From assembly GCF_030684315.1 (NCBI RefSeq), contig NC_081381.1:34206784-34270783 (forward strand): a stretch of 64,000 nt of DNA, in the 5' to 3' direction. The position numbers were made by a program, and so were the translations under genes. Position 1 is the first letter of the stretch; the number at the start of each line of letters is the position of its first letter. Positions 24,451-36,953 of the stretch are shown one piece after another. Origin of the DNA: Stegostoma tigrinum. Taxonomy: Eukaryota. The notes below the pieces were generated by a model. That model searched no databases, was not told where the DNA came from, and saw nothing but the letters and a program-made list of their open reading frames with translations.

Positions 24451-26324
24451 TTACATTGTTATGCTCTTTTAATAAAACTGATAGTGATGCAAGAGATAAG
24501 GAATGGTAATAGAACAAAACAGAACCAAACGATCAGTCCACAAGACATATAGTTAGCAACAGCAGAACACTTGCTGTCTTAAGAGATGAGAATGTTATAG
24601 TCTTGTGTTGACCATTGCACATGCAAGGAGGAGAGGAAGAAGGCCATTGAGCACCTATTTGCCCACACACTCACTAGATATCTGTCGAAGAAAAATCAAC
24701 AGCAGGTCAGTGAAAAACTATGACTTGAAACTTTAATGACTGTAGAGTAAATCATAGTGACTTACCCACCAGATCTGCTCCTGCCACAGGTTATCTATAG
24801 CTTGCCCTCTTGTGGACTCCGTGCTACTTATTTAATGCTTTCAGATCAAGTAACATCCAAATACCTACCAGTCCTTGAAGGAAATCAAAAGAAAAGTTCC
24901 AGATTATTTATCCATTTTATATGCCTCTGAGCTGAAAGAATGGAAGTTTAGGAAGTTCAACCAAGGCCATGGACAATGACAGACAAACACACTTGATTAG
25001 TTTCCCCATTCCTGTAGCTCATTCCTGGGTGTGCTTTATTCTTACATAAACCACACAACCCTTCCACTTAGATTTGAACCTGTAACTTATGCCTGCATTT
25101 CCATAACTCCAATATTAACTCCCCAATTGCTTTGATTTGGTGGCTGTCTATAACTCACTCCCTGCAATTCATTATTCTAAATACAAATTGCCTGATTATG
25201 TTAATCAAAGAGACTGTGCCAATAGTTAACCTAAAAACCTTGTCAGCAGAGTCAACAATCTCCTGGGGATCTCCTAATTGCTGGCCAGTAACCCTTTATA
25301 AAGAGCGTACATATGTAGTGTCTGGCTTAGAGCCGAATTGAACATGCACTTAAGGTAAAACAGGCTCTTGGCTGTGATGCTCAGCGTGGTCCAACAGCAT
25401 GCCACCACTTACTATGCTGAGTCATCCATGAAGAATGGACATCTCTACATGGTCCCAGAGTGTACCCTGTGGGGCTCAACACCAGCAGCATCTTCAGGAA
25501 AGGACAGAGAACGAGGGGAACGCAAAGGCTTTTTTATTTGTTCATGGATTACGAGGATCACTGGCTGGGTCAGCATTTCTTGCCCATCCCTAGTTGTCCT
25601 TGAGAAGGTGGGGGTAAGCTGCCTTCTTGAACTGCTGCAGTCCACCTGCTGTGGGTTGACCCACAATGCCCTTAGGGAGGGAATTCCAAGATACTGACCC
25701 AGCAGTAGTGAAGGAATGGTCATGTATTTCCAAGTCAGTATGGTGGCTGGCTTGGAGTGGAAAGTGCATGTGGTTGTGTTCCCCTGCATCTGTGGTCCCT
25801 GACCTTCTAGATGGTAGTGGTCATGGGTTTGGAAGATGTTGCTGAAGGAAATGAAATGCGCAGTTACAAGAGAAGTAAGTATCAAGTGAACTGCTCCACT
25901 TTTCAAAGGGTCTGTCAGGGTGAACAAGTTCATTCTTTGTAAAGACAGCTGCGTCTGGAAACCTTTCCACAGTTTCTATCACTAAAAAAAAACTGAGAGC
26001 AGCTCAGTGGCACATATGAAGGGCACAATGACACTCATGCTCGCCATGCCAAAGACAAGAGTGCGATAAATCTTTTCATATGTCAAGCACATCAAATTAC
26101 TCATTCCCAGAAAGCTGAGAGGATTTGAGGGCAGAGTGACTTTCAGCAAACGTCACAAATATCAACAGGGCTGTGAAACTCCAGCAGTTGGAGTGTCTCA
26201 CCGTCTCAGTGTCCTGTTTAACCTGGCTGGCACTGTTGAATTAAAGGAAAATTGCCAGCATGGGCATGGTCTGCAGTTAGCCCTCTTAAGAGTACCAGCT
26301 TTCACAGATATACCCCAGTGCACT

Positions 26325-26680
26325 CACAGAGTCATGAAGTCAAGCGGTACGGAAATAGACCCTTTGGTCCAAAGAGCCCTTGTCGACATGTTCCCAACTA
26401 AATCACTTCCACCTACCTGTGTTTGGCCCATTTCCCTTCAAATATCTCTTATTCATGTACTTATCTAAATGCCTTTTAAACATTATGACTGCGCCCACAT
26501 CCATCACTTCCTCTGGAAGTTCATTCCACACACAAACACACACTACATAAAAATATTTCCCCTCATGGCTTTTTTAAATCTTTATCCTCTCACCTTAAAA
26601 ATATGCCCCTAGTCTTGAAATCCCCTGCCCTTGGAAACAGACCCTTGTCATTCACCTTATCTATACGTATCATAATTTAC
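26325..26680 (-). mobile_element. CR1/HER1 LINE 3' end
   Basis: Similar to 3460-3760 and 29760-30300. Confidence 0.7.
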
Positions 26681-26844
26681 ACATCTCCAAAACGGTTCAA
26701 CAAAACCTATGGGTTCTGACCTGGTTCTCCTCAGTGGGGTAGTAGCAGTCAAGAAATTGACCTCTGAGATAAGTGACAGACATCAAACACTTCAGAATGA
26801 ACAGAAGGATGAAGAAAGGAAACTGAAAGTATATCAGAACCTAT

Positions 26845-27040
26845 GATGTGGAGGTGCCGGTGTCGGGCTGGAGTGGACAAAGTCAGAAATCACATGACAC
26901 CAGGTTATAGTCCAACAGGTTTATTTGAAATCACAAGCTTTCGAAGCAATGCTCCTTCACCTGACGAAGATGCTATGCTTGAAAGCTTGTGATTTCAAAT
27001 AAATGTGTTTGACTATAGCCTCGTGTTGTGTGATTTCTGA
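26845..27040. repeat. Palindromic PLE-derived hairpin (head-to-head 3' ends, HHR-like centre)
   Basis: gtcagaaatcaca...tttgaaatcacaagctttc / gaaagcttgtgatttcaaa...tgtgatttctgac are reverse complements. Confidence 0.8.
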
Positions 27041-27299
27041 CGTTATTTCTTATGAGCAATGTGATAATAACGAACAAAAGCAAAGTTGCTGGAAAAGCTC
27101 AGCGGGTCTGGCAGCGTCTGTGAAGATAAAAACAGAGTTAACGTTTCGGGTCCAGAGATCCTTCCTCAGAACTGACAGACCTGCGGAGCTTTTCCAGCAA
27201 CTTTGTTTTTGTTCCTGATTTGCAGCATCGGCAGTTCTTTTGGTTTTTACTTAGTGATAATAACTAAATATGTTTTAAGGTCTGTCTAGGCCAATAGGA

Positions 27300-27680
27300 G
27301 GCTTTTGGAGCCTACAACTCATTGGTCTCAATGTGGACTTTACCAGTTTCAACATCTCCCCACCCCAGCCTCTTCCCACGACCAACCCTCCCTCTCATCC
27401 CCACCTCCTTGACCTGACACAACCTGTCTGTCTTCTCTCCCATCTACCTGCCCCTCTCACTTCACTGACCAATCCCCACCACTCCCTACCTGCACTCACC
27501 TATCACTATCCCACCTATCTTTCCCAGCCCCATCCCTTCTGTCTCTGATCTGAGTTTCTGAGCTCCCTCCCCCTTCCTCCATTTCTGAAGAAGAGTCCTG
27601 ACCCGAAACGTTAACTTTCCTGCTCCTCTGATGCTGCCTGGCCTGCTGTGCTCCTCCAGCTCCACACTGTGTTATATCAG
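27300..27680 (+). mobile_element. PLE 3' fragment with HHR motif
   Basis: GLNVDFTSFNISPP end of GIY-YIG ORF; ctgaagaagagtcctgacccgaaacgtt at 27585-27612. Confidence 0.75.
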
Positions 27681-27926
27681 AATGATTCCAGGTTCAATTT
27701 GTAATCTTAGCTCAAGTGAGGGCTGAGGGGTGGATAGCTTCAGAGGCACTCCAGTCTTGTCATCTGGGAACCCCAGTTCACTCACTCGCACACATACACT
27801 CATTCAGTCGCTCACCGCCATACTCACACTGATGTACATGCACACACACAGGAAGGATTTTCTTCCTCTTCGCCTAGACAGGCTCTGAAACAGATTTAGT
27901 TATTACCACATAGTTCATAAGAAATA

Positions 27927-28125
27927 AAGTCAGAATCCCATGATACCAGGTTATAGCCCAACAGGTTTATTTGAAATCACGAGCTTTCAGAGCGCTATTC
28001 CTTCATCAGGTAAAGCAGCATCACTCCGAAAGGTTGTGAGTTCAAATTAACCTGTTGGATTATGACCTGGCATTGTGTGACTTCTAACTTTGTCCACCTC
28101 AGTCCAATGCCAGCACCTCCACATC
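27927..28125. repeat. Second palindromic PLE-derived hairpin
   Basis: agtcagaatccca...aacaggtttatttgaaatcac / gtgagttcaaattaacctgtt...cttctaact inverted arms. Confidence 0.75.
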
Positions 28126-29440
28126 ATAAGAAACAAGAGCAGGAGTTGGCCATTGAGCTAATATAGCCTCGCTCCTCCATTCAAGAATATCATGTTGGTC
28201 AATCATAGCCTTTGTTTCTCTGCCAGTCCCGCCCAACCATGAGCTTTGATTGCCCTGTCGATCAAAACTCTATCCAGCTCAGCTTTGCATATATCTAATG
28301 ACCCAGTCTCCACTACTCCCTGGGGAAGAGAATTTCAAAGTCCAAATTCATTTCGAAAGAAGAATTTCCATCTCATCTTCAATGGGACTCCTACTTATTT
28401 AAACCGTTCCCTCAAGTTCTACACTGACACCATGACAGGAAACTTCTTGAGATTCTCTCAGTATTTACCCATCCTGTATGGGTCTGAAAGGATCTGACAG
28501 AGTTAATACTGAGGCGTGCTTCGTGCCTGCTCTATGGGCATGCCAACTCATTCTGCTGAGATCTTATGTGCTGAAATGATCATACCTCACTACCCATCAA
28601 GATCCTTCAGAATCTAATTTGTTGCAATAAGATCACCTTTCATTTTTGTTAATTCCAATGTATATAAGTTTTACTCACAAGACAATCCCTTTATCCCACA
28701 AATCAACCTGTCACGCACTTTTCTAAACTGTTTCTAGCACAAATACATCTCTCTTTAACTAAGGAAACTGAAACTATACTCAGGACTCTGGGTGTGGTTT
28801 CACGAAAGCGCAATGCAGTTCCAGTAAGAATTCCCCCTAATTATATTCTGTCCCCTTCTCGATATGGCCAACATCCCATTTGCTTTCTTAATTACTCATT
28901 GTACATGCATATTAACTTTTTGTAACTCATGAACAGGGACACCTATAAGTTACTCTATGAATTCTGCAAACTTTCCCTTCATTTAAACAAAATTCTGCTT
29001 TTCTACTCTATTCTGCTGCCAACATTTTTACCTTTCGTTGAAAAGCTGCACTCACCTATCACTATCCCACCTATACAATCCTTGAAAAGCTATTTGTAAT
29101 CTCTTCACAACTTGTTTTCCGATTTATCTTTGTATCATTACCAAATTTGGCTACAACAGTCAGTCCCTTTACCCAACTCCTTAATATGTTTCATAAATAA
29201 TTGAGGCCCCAGCCCTGATCCCTGTGACAGCTTTCCCCCAAAAATAACCTCGTTGTCCTGAATCCCCTGATTCCTCCTTGTTATTTAATCCTCTATCACT
29301 CCATTTATTACCTCAACACAGTAACCCTTTTACATAGCACCTTATCAAATGCCTTTTGGAAACCCAAATATATTACACCTACTGACACCTCTTTATCTAC
29401 CCCCAGCTTGCTGTATCCTTGAAGAACTCTAATAAATGTG
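28125..29440 (-). mobile_element. Degraded CR1 LINE fragments (RT region and 3' end)
   Basis: Minus ORF VDKEVSVGVIYLGFQKAFDKV (RT motif) at 29308-29505 and CR1 3' UTR at 28130. Confidence 0.65.
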
Positions 29441-29754
29441 TCAAATACAACTTCTCCAGCATTTCTACGATGATAGCGCTGCTTGTATAAGCTTTTTGAG
29501 TGCAAAATTGGCTATATTACAACTTTCACTGACTGTAAAGTGCTCTGGAGCATCTAAGGATATAAAAACAAATATATTACATTTGTCATTAGGTAAGAAT
29601 GGGAAGGGCTCAGCTGTGATGTACCACTCATGATTGGTCAGCTTTCTAAAGGTTACTACCGAGAATCACACTGGCAGACTCGGCCCTTTGGCGAAGTATA
29701 TTCGAACAAAGGTAACCCACTTCAGGAGAAAATGGAATAACTTTAAGAGATGAG

Positions 29755-30295
29755 TCACAGTGTCATAGAGATGTACAGGACAGAAACAGGCCCTTCAGTC
29801 CAACTCGCCCAGGCTGACCGGACATCCTAAATTAATCTAGCGCTTGACCCATAACCTTTTGACCCTTCCTTTCATATACCCATCCAGATGCCTTTTAAAT
29901 GTTATAATTGTACCAGCCTCCACCACTTCCTCTGGCAGCTCATGCCATACACACTCCACCCTCAGTGTGAAAATGTTGTCCTCTCAGGACCCTTTTAAAT
30001 CATTCCCCTCCCACCTTCTAGTTTTGGATTCCCCTACCCTGGGCAAAAGACCTGTGCTATTCATCTTCTCCATGCCCCTGATGATTTCATAAACTTCTAT
30101 GAGGTCACCTCTCAGCCTCCGACACTCCAGGGTAAGTAGTCCAGCCTATGCAGCCTCTCCCCATAGCTAACACCCTCCAAACCTGGCAACATCCTTTAAG
30201 TCTTTTCTGTGCCCTTTCAAGTTTCACACCATATTTTTTTATTGCAGGGAGACCAGAATTGAGTGCAGTATTCCAAAAATGGCCTCACCAATGAC
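29755..30295 (-). mobile_element. CR1/HER1 LINE 3' fragment
   Basis: QSLVRPFLEYCTQFWSP motif; 3' UTR shared with other copies. Confidence 0.8.
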
Positions 30296-30520
30296 TGAAC
30301 AAAGACTGAACTCCTGGAGGAGATTGCAAATTGGTTTTTGCCTTGAAGGTGCAAAGTGGAGTTACCGCCTCTAGTTAACTCTTCACTTTCAACTTTTATC
30401 ATTTAAACAAGTGTTTTTCAAAAGCAGCCATAAACAAACGCAGCAAACATTGCAAACTGGCGTTAGCTGAAAGAGAAGAAAATTGGAACACTTTTATAGT
30501 TCCACTGATGGAAATCAAAG

Positions 30521-30933
30521 TTAGAGTTGGACCTGCAAGAAATCAACTAGCTCATCACAGACCAAGCACATGGATTGAACCAATCCTGGTTTGTACTGCT
30601 CACTGCCACATTGGAAGTTACAGTTAATCCATTGCTTAAACTGGAAGACCATCACAATCTCTTTCCAAAGGGTCTCCCATTTATATTTGATTCCTGGCTG
30701 ACGCACTGTAAATTAATCTGTCACAGATGGAATTGCTTCAGTAAGTGAATCGAATGCACACCTGTTGTGGCAGGTAGCATGAGCTTTCCATTGAGACTGA
30801 CTTTTGACAGCATTGCACAGCCAGACATAATAATATGCTGAAATATTTAGGACTGGTTCATACTGAGCCAGCATTTCACTTCTGAGAGTTGTTTTCCTGA
30901 TCATCAGTCTGTGACTTTCACGAAGGAACACAC
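30521..30933 (-). pseudogene. Putative pseudo-exon, copy 1 of a three-copy coding-like block (unknown family)
   Basis: ORFs 30713-30931 and 30521-30706 share a frame, separated by one TAA where the paralogs have GAA/AAA; the core is homologous to 36401-36953 and 41769-41915. Confidence 0.4.
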
Positions 30934-32395
30934 CTATACATGTACAATGTGTGTTAAGAATTATTGGATAAGAACAGAATCCTGGGAATGGCCATCCTCA
31001 GTAAGAATCATTAATAATGAAGAAGGGGGCATCAAAAGGCAGAGATAAAGGGCAAATTCCTCAAAAAGACATATTGCTAATATTTTTCCTGTGTAGCCCT
31101 GTTAATGTTAAAGATATCCCAACCTTCCAACCCCATGACCTCTATAATCAAAAAGGAAAGGGATTGCAGATGTAGGGGAGCACCACCATGTGCAAGACCC
31201 CCTCCAAGTCACTCACCATCCTCACTTGGAACTACATCACCATTCCTTCACTGTCAAATTCCTGTATTTCCCTTCCTAACAGTACCATGGGTATCCCTAT
31301 ACGTAAAAAACTGCAATGATTCAGGATGGAGGCTCATCTCTATCTTCTAGAGGGTAATTAGAGGTGGGCAATAAATGCTGACCCAGTCAGCAACACCCAC
31401 CTCACATGAATGAGTGGAGCAGTTTGGGTTTTGAGAAGATTTAGGTGGGTGGAAAAAGAGAGATGGGAAGATTTAGCAATGGAGCGTGTGCAATAGGGCC
31501 ATGATGACTGAGAGCTCTGCCAGAGATGGTAGAGTGAAGGCAAGTGAAGAGAGAAAGCTCTATAGCAAAACAAAAACAAAAGGCAACATCCCTGGGCAGA
31601 AACAATTAATGTTTGAGGTCAATGACCTTTCCAGGTTTGGCAAGCGTTTTTTGTGGTGATGTTGCTTTAGAAGCGGATAACCTTTAAACATAAAATGGAG
31701 GACAGTTTTCTCATTGCTGTTTGACACCTATGCAGCCAGATCTTAATGGCTTCAATCTCAGAATGTGGAGGAGACCCCAGCAAGAGCAATGGAGATTGAA
31801 TCAATTAACACCTTCAATAAATAATGGGGGGTGATAGCTATGTTACTGTGCGACAGTTAATCCAGAGACACATGTGATGTTCCAGGCACCCGGTTTGAAC
31901 CCTTCCAAGGTGGAATGTGGAATTAAGAATCTGATGATGGTCACAAAACTATTATTGATTGTCAAGAAAACCCCATCTGAGTTCACTGATGCTCTTCCAG
32001 GACATTGTTACCTGCTCAGGCCTGCATGTGATTCCAGACCCACAGCAATGTGGTTTACCCCTAACAATTAGGAATAGACAACAACTGCTGACCTAGCTAA
32101 CAGTGCTCAGATGCCATGAATTAAAAACAGAAGGATGGTTGTGAGATTGGAGCCAATGATGATCAGATACTCTATACAACAGGATAATTCTTTGGGCACT
32201 CTTTTTGGAAAATGTTGCTTATTGGAGAAAGCTGCCAACATCATCAAAGTCCCCTCCCGTTTTGGTAATGCTGTTCTACAACCTCTCCATCAGGCAGAAG
32301 ATACAGAAGTTTGAACACATGCACCAGCGGGTTCAATAACAGCTTCTTCCCTGCCATTATTAGACTGATGAATGGACTCTCTAACGTCAAATAAT

Positions 32396-32911
32396 AGAAC
32401 ATAGAACATAGAACATAGAACAGTACAGCACAGAACAGGCCCTTCAGCCCACAATGTTGTGCCGACCATTGATCCTCATGTATGAACCCTCAAATTTCTG
32501 TGACCATATGCATGTCCAGCAGTCTCTTAAATGACCCCAATGACCTTGCTTCCACAACTGCTGCTGGCAACGCATTCCACGCTCTCACAACTCTCTGTGT
32601 AAAGAACCCGCCTCTGACATCCCCTCTATACTTTCCTCCAACCAGCTTAAAACTATGACCCCTCGTGCTAGCCATTTCTGCCCTGGGAAATAGTCTCTGG
32701 CTATCAACTCTATCTATGCCTCTCATTATCTTGTATACCTCAATTATGTCCCCTCTCCTCCTCCTTTTCTCCAATGAAAAGAGACCGAGCTCAGTCAACC
32801 TCTCTTCATAAGATAAGCCCTCCAGTCCAGGCAGCATCCTGGTAAACCTCCTCTGAACCCTCTCCAAAGTATCCACATTTTTCCTATAATAGGGCGACCA
32901 GAACTGGACTG
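32396..32911 (-). mobile_element. Young CR1/HER1 LINE 3' fragment
   Basis: Uninterrupted ORF 32490-32876 DTLERVQRRFTRMLPGLEGLSYEERL...; (atagaac)n tail; ATAAT on both flanks. Confidence 0.9.
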
Positions 32912-32956
32912 ATAATGCTGATCTTGTTAATGTTAATCTTGCCTAGCGCACATTTA

Positions 32957-33262
32957 GGGTGGCACAGCGGCTCGCATTGCTGCCTCACAGCACCAGGGAC
33001 CTGGGTTCAATTCCACCATCAGGTGACTGTCTGTGTGGAGTTTGCACGTTCCCCCTGTGACTGCGTGGATTTCCTCAGGGTGCTCTGGTTTCCTCCCACA
33101 GCTCAAAGACGTGCAGGCTAGGTGGTTTGGCCATGCTAAATTGCCTGTAGCATTCAGAGATGTGTAGATTAGGTGGGTTATAGGGAGATAGGTCTGGGTG
33201 GGATGCTCTGAGGGTTGGTGTGGACTTGTTGGGCCAAAGGGCCTGTTTCCATACTGTAGGGA
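32957..33262 (+). mobile_element. HE1/V-SINE SINE
   Basis: gggtggcacagcggctc...gtctgtgtggagtttgcacgttccccc...ccatactgtaggga. Confidence 0.85.
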
Positions 33263-33298
33263 TTGTGTGTGCATAATAATGTATATACATACATATAT

Positions 33299-33300
<2 letters not shown>

Positions 33301-33348
<48 letters not shown>
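33301..33348. repeat. (GT)n microsatellite
   Basis: Perfect GT run. Confidence 0.97.
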
Positions 33349-33357
<9 letters not shown>

Positions 33358-36300
33358 CACATCCTGTGCATTGTAACCTGTATGTCTTACTCTGCCCAAC
33401 CACTTTTTCATGCTATGATCTGTGTATTCTTGCTTACTATGAACTGCTCATAAACAAAACTTTTCGCTGTACTTGGGTACACATGACAATAAATGAAATC
33501 GAGTCAAGCAGGTCCAGTCTGAAAGTGGAATTGAGGATGGGAGTGTGTTCTGCAGTTTCTCACTGGAAATGCCATAAAACACCCCAAAGCTGTTCACAAG
33601 AAAGTTATCAAAAGAGAAATCGGACACCATGTCACATAAGGAAATAGTAGGATAAGTGATGTAAAATTTGTAGGAAGCAGTTGGCTTTAAAGACCATCTC
33701 AAAACAGAGCAGTTGAGAGGCAGGCAGGGAGGCTCTCGGACAGAATGACAGAGCTAACAGGAGGCAGGACCAGGTGAATTTATGAGGTGTGGTTTAGTAG
33801 AGGACAGAGAAGCGGATTAATGCGTGGGCTCCTGATGGCTTAGATTGATCATGATTTCTGTGACAATGGCCATTTCACATGTTCAGACATCCTTAATCTT
33901 GTCTTAATCATGTCATCCTCTGGCTACCTTGCAGGCTCACGGGGCTGTGTGAACCTATTATACCTTCACAGACCTAAAGCTGAGGCTTGAGATTGTGTAG
34001 TTTGATACTACTTCTAATCCTCTCACACGAGATATTGAACACTCTTTAAATGGTGATTGTTTATAGGATGTGAAATTGCTGCTGCAACTATTATCCTATC
34101 GCACCCCAAATTTCCGATCGGAGCTCAACTCTCTGCCAAGTTAAATCGAGCGTTATCTCCAGATCCCTGCATTTCAAACATTTGTCGTCCTTTCAGATAC
34201 AGATCTGATCATCTAATGAATCTGAGGCTAAAAATGTTCACTATTTTCTTGAGGGATTTGTCTCTATGGAAATTGGAAACTTCTCCTAATCCCAGGATTA
34301 CAATGAACAAGCATAGGTACTGCAGTTGAGCCATTAATACTATTACTGGGACTCATCCCTTTGTCCTTTGATTTCCACAGAAGATTATTTCTCAAAAATA
34401 TACTGCCTTCCTTAGTGACGCACAAAGTTTAAAATGTTCTTTCCTCCAATTTCCTCCCTGGGATTTTTTGATGCTTACATTCCAACATCTCGAAACAGAT
34501 TCAATACTAAAGATACCCAGAGCTCTACTACTACCACCAATTAACATAAAATAGCATAAATTATAAATACATTCTATATATAGAGTGAGAGAGAGAGAGA
34601 GAGCACTACAGTGCCGAATGCAGTGTGGCAGTGAGAATGCTAAATTACATAGGAAAGAAATTTAAAAGGATGCAGCTATAATGTGGGCTGGCCTGAAAGG
34701 GTCACAATTGTTCTGTAGGGGCATTGCTGAAAAAAATTACATTTTGTCAAAGTTTTTGCCTTACACTCATCGGGAAAATTCACAAAAATACAAATTTAAT
34801 AGAAAAACTGACACACTGTATGAGAGGAGAATACTGATTGGTTGGCAAGTGGACCGTGATTGGTAGGGGCATTATTGTGGAGAATGCACCAGTTAACAAG
34901 GCCTGACAGTTAACTGCCAGGCATTGTTTAAAATTTAAACTAGGCAGGTTGACTCTAATTCTCAAGGTATTGCCCTGAGAAATTAATTCCAATGTCTCTT
35001 ATCTTGATGAGTGGAAACAGACACAGTGTATGTCCTTCCTGTCCACAAGGAGCTTTGTATTAAAGTATGGGCCTTCCAGTACATCGATGCCCACCTTGTT
35101 GTAAGCCCAAGTGACAATCCTCAGTGTCGCTCTTCACCCAGTTCCAAACAGCTTTGGAGAGGCTCCAAGTCACTGCCACTTGTTAGCAGCAATAGTCGAA
35201 GATAAACAGTTGAAGAAAGTGATGGAAAGGAAGGAAAGCAAACAGTGCAGGAATGAAGGAAAATGACAGAGCAGACCAGAACCCAACGCACAGTGTACAG
35301 AAGTGATGTGGTGCTCCGTAAGATTATTTTTAATTCTCATAACAGGTATGTGGCCATTGCTGGCAATTGTTCTTGAATTCAGTGACTTACTTGACCATTA
35401 CAGAGGGTACTTTAAGAGTTCATCATGTTGCTGTGGATTTGAGGCCATGTGTAGACCAGATAGCCACACAATGGCCCGATTTCCTTCCCCAAACGATATT
35501 CATGACCCGGATAGGTCTTGCAAAAAATGATCATTATCATCACGGTCACCATCACTGGGACTAACTTTTTACTTACAGATTTATTTTCAATGAATTTAAA
35601 ATCCATCAATTGCCCGAGTAGGATTTGAACCTGGGCCTATGGATTACTCAGCCTGTAACTTACTGGGCTTGGCAAAAAACTGTGCTCTATACGAATGCAC
35701 AGCATTATTTGTTGGAGTTTGGTTTGTCCTCCAGTGTCTCGCACAAGCCACCATTTTTCACGTGAGTTCAAAGGACAAGAATTTTCATTTAAAATAAGCC
35801 TATCATGGAAAAGCAAATATCAACAGTACTTCACAGTTTGTGGCTTCTTTGAATACTACATGGATCTCTCTTTGGGGTATTTGTGGACTGTTGTGGATTG
35901 GGAAGATATCCTTTAGCTCTGTGAAACTTAGGTCAAACGCCAGTATTTTCTTCAAAACAGTTTTGGCATATGTTACACCTCTAGGTAAATATATTTTTCT
36001 CTCATACAGACTATTTCATCTCTCTTCTATTGCACATGATTGCTGAATCACTATTACACTAGTGATATGTGGTATATTGCACTAGCCATGACAATTAACC
36101 AATTACTCTTCACTGAGGTGGATAAGAGAAACATGTCAGAGGGAGGGGACTTCGATCAAGTGTCTTGAAGGAAGAGGGTGAATTTAAATTGATGGGAACA
36201 GTGAGGTAAGGGCAGTAAATTTGAGGTGAGTGCTCAGCACAATCTGAAGCTCAGAGTTTGAGCTAAAGTTAATAAGTGGGAGTGGGGGTCAGGCTGGAGT

Positions 36301-36400
36301 GAGAAGCAAAGGCAGCAGTGCAGTGATCAGCGATATAAGAAGTCACCAACACTTTGAGAATCCAAAACCTCCTTGGATTGTGTGATTCTGCCATGTTAGA

Positions 36401-36953
36401 TGGTACAGTCATTAAATCTTTTGTATGCAGGAAAGCCAACCTACTTCCTTCCAGAGGGTCTCCTAATGATATTTGATTTCTGCCTGAACGCAGCCACTTC
36501 ATCAGTGTGAGGTGGGCTTTCTTCAGTCAGGTAGACAAAGAGAAGGCTGGAAGAACACAGCAGGCCAGGCAGCATCTGGAGGAAAGGAGCAGTCAACATT
36601 TTGGATATTACCCTTCTTCAGGGCAGGATGTGAGAGTAGAGGGAGCCAGAGATAAAGTTGGGTGCAGGTGGTGGTGAAGGAAGGAGTGGAGGCAGAATGA
36701 TGGTGATAGGTGGACATTGGTGGTAAGTACGACCTAGTTGATCGATGGGAGGGATGAGTTTGGTTGGTAACTGGAAGGGAGGGTCAGAGGGTAGAGAGGA
36801 AGGCAAGAGGTTGGGCTGGGAGGGCAGGCAGAGAATGGGTGGAAGGTTATTTGAAATTGGAGAACTCAATGCTGAGTCCTCTGGGCTGTGGGGTGCCCAG
36901 ACAGAAAATAAGGTGTTGTTCTTCAAATTCCTTCAGTAAGCTGGCTTTTGTGA
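36401..36953 (-). pseudogene. Copy 2 of the coding-like block, split by a PLE insertion
   Basis: Minus reading LTE/ESPPHTDEVAA..QAEIKYH*ETLWKEVGWLSCIQK; aligns with 41769-41915 once 36528-36937 is removed. Confidence 0.4.
36528..36930 (-). mobile_element. PLE 3' fragment with TSD
   Basis: End of GIY-YIG ORF plus degenerate HHR; CTTCAGT at 36521-36527 and 36931-36937. Confidence 0.8.

Larger units (their letters stand above)
32225..33500 (+). mobile_element. Rex1/L2-like LINE 3' end hosting nested CR1 and SINE insertions
   Basis: KAANIIK...PSGRRYRSLNTCTSGFNNSFFPAIIRLMN; 3' UTR resumes at 32911-32950 and 33365-33500 (tgacaataaa tail). Confidence 0.65.
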
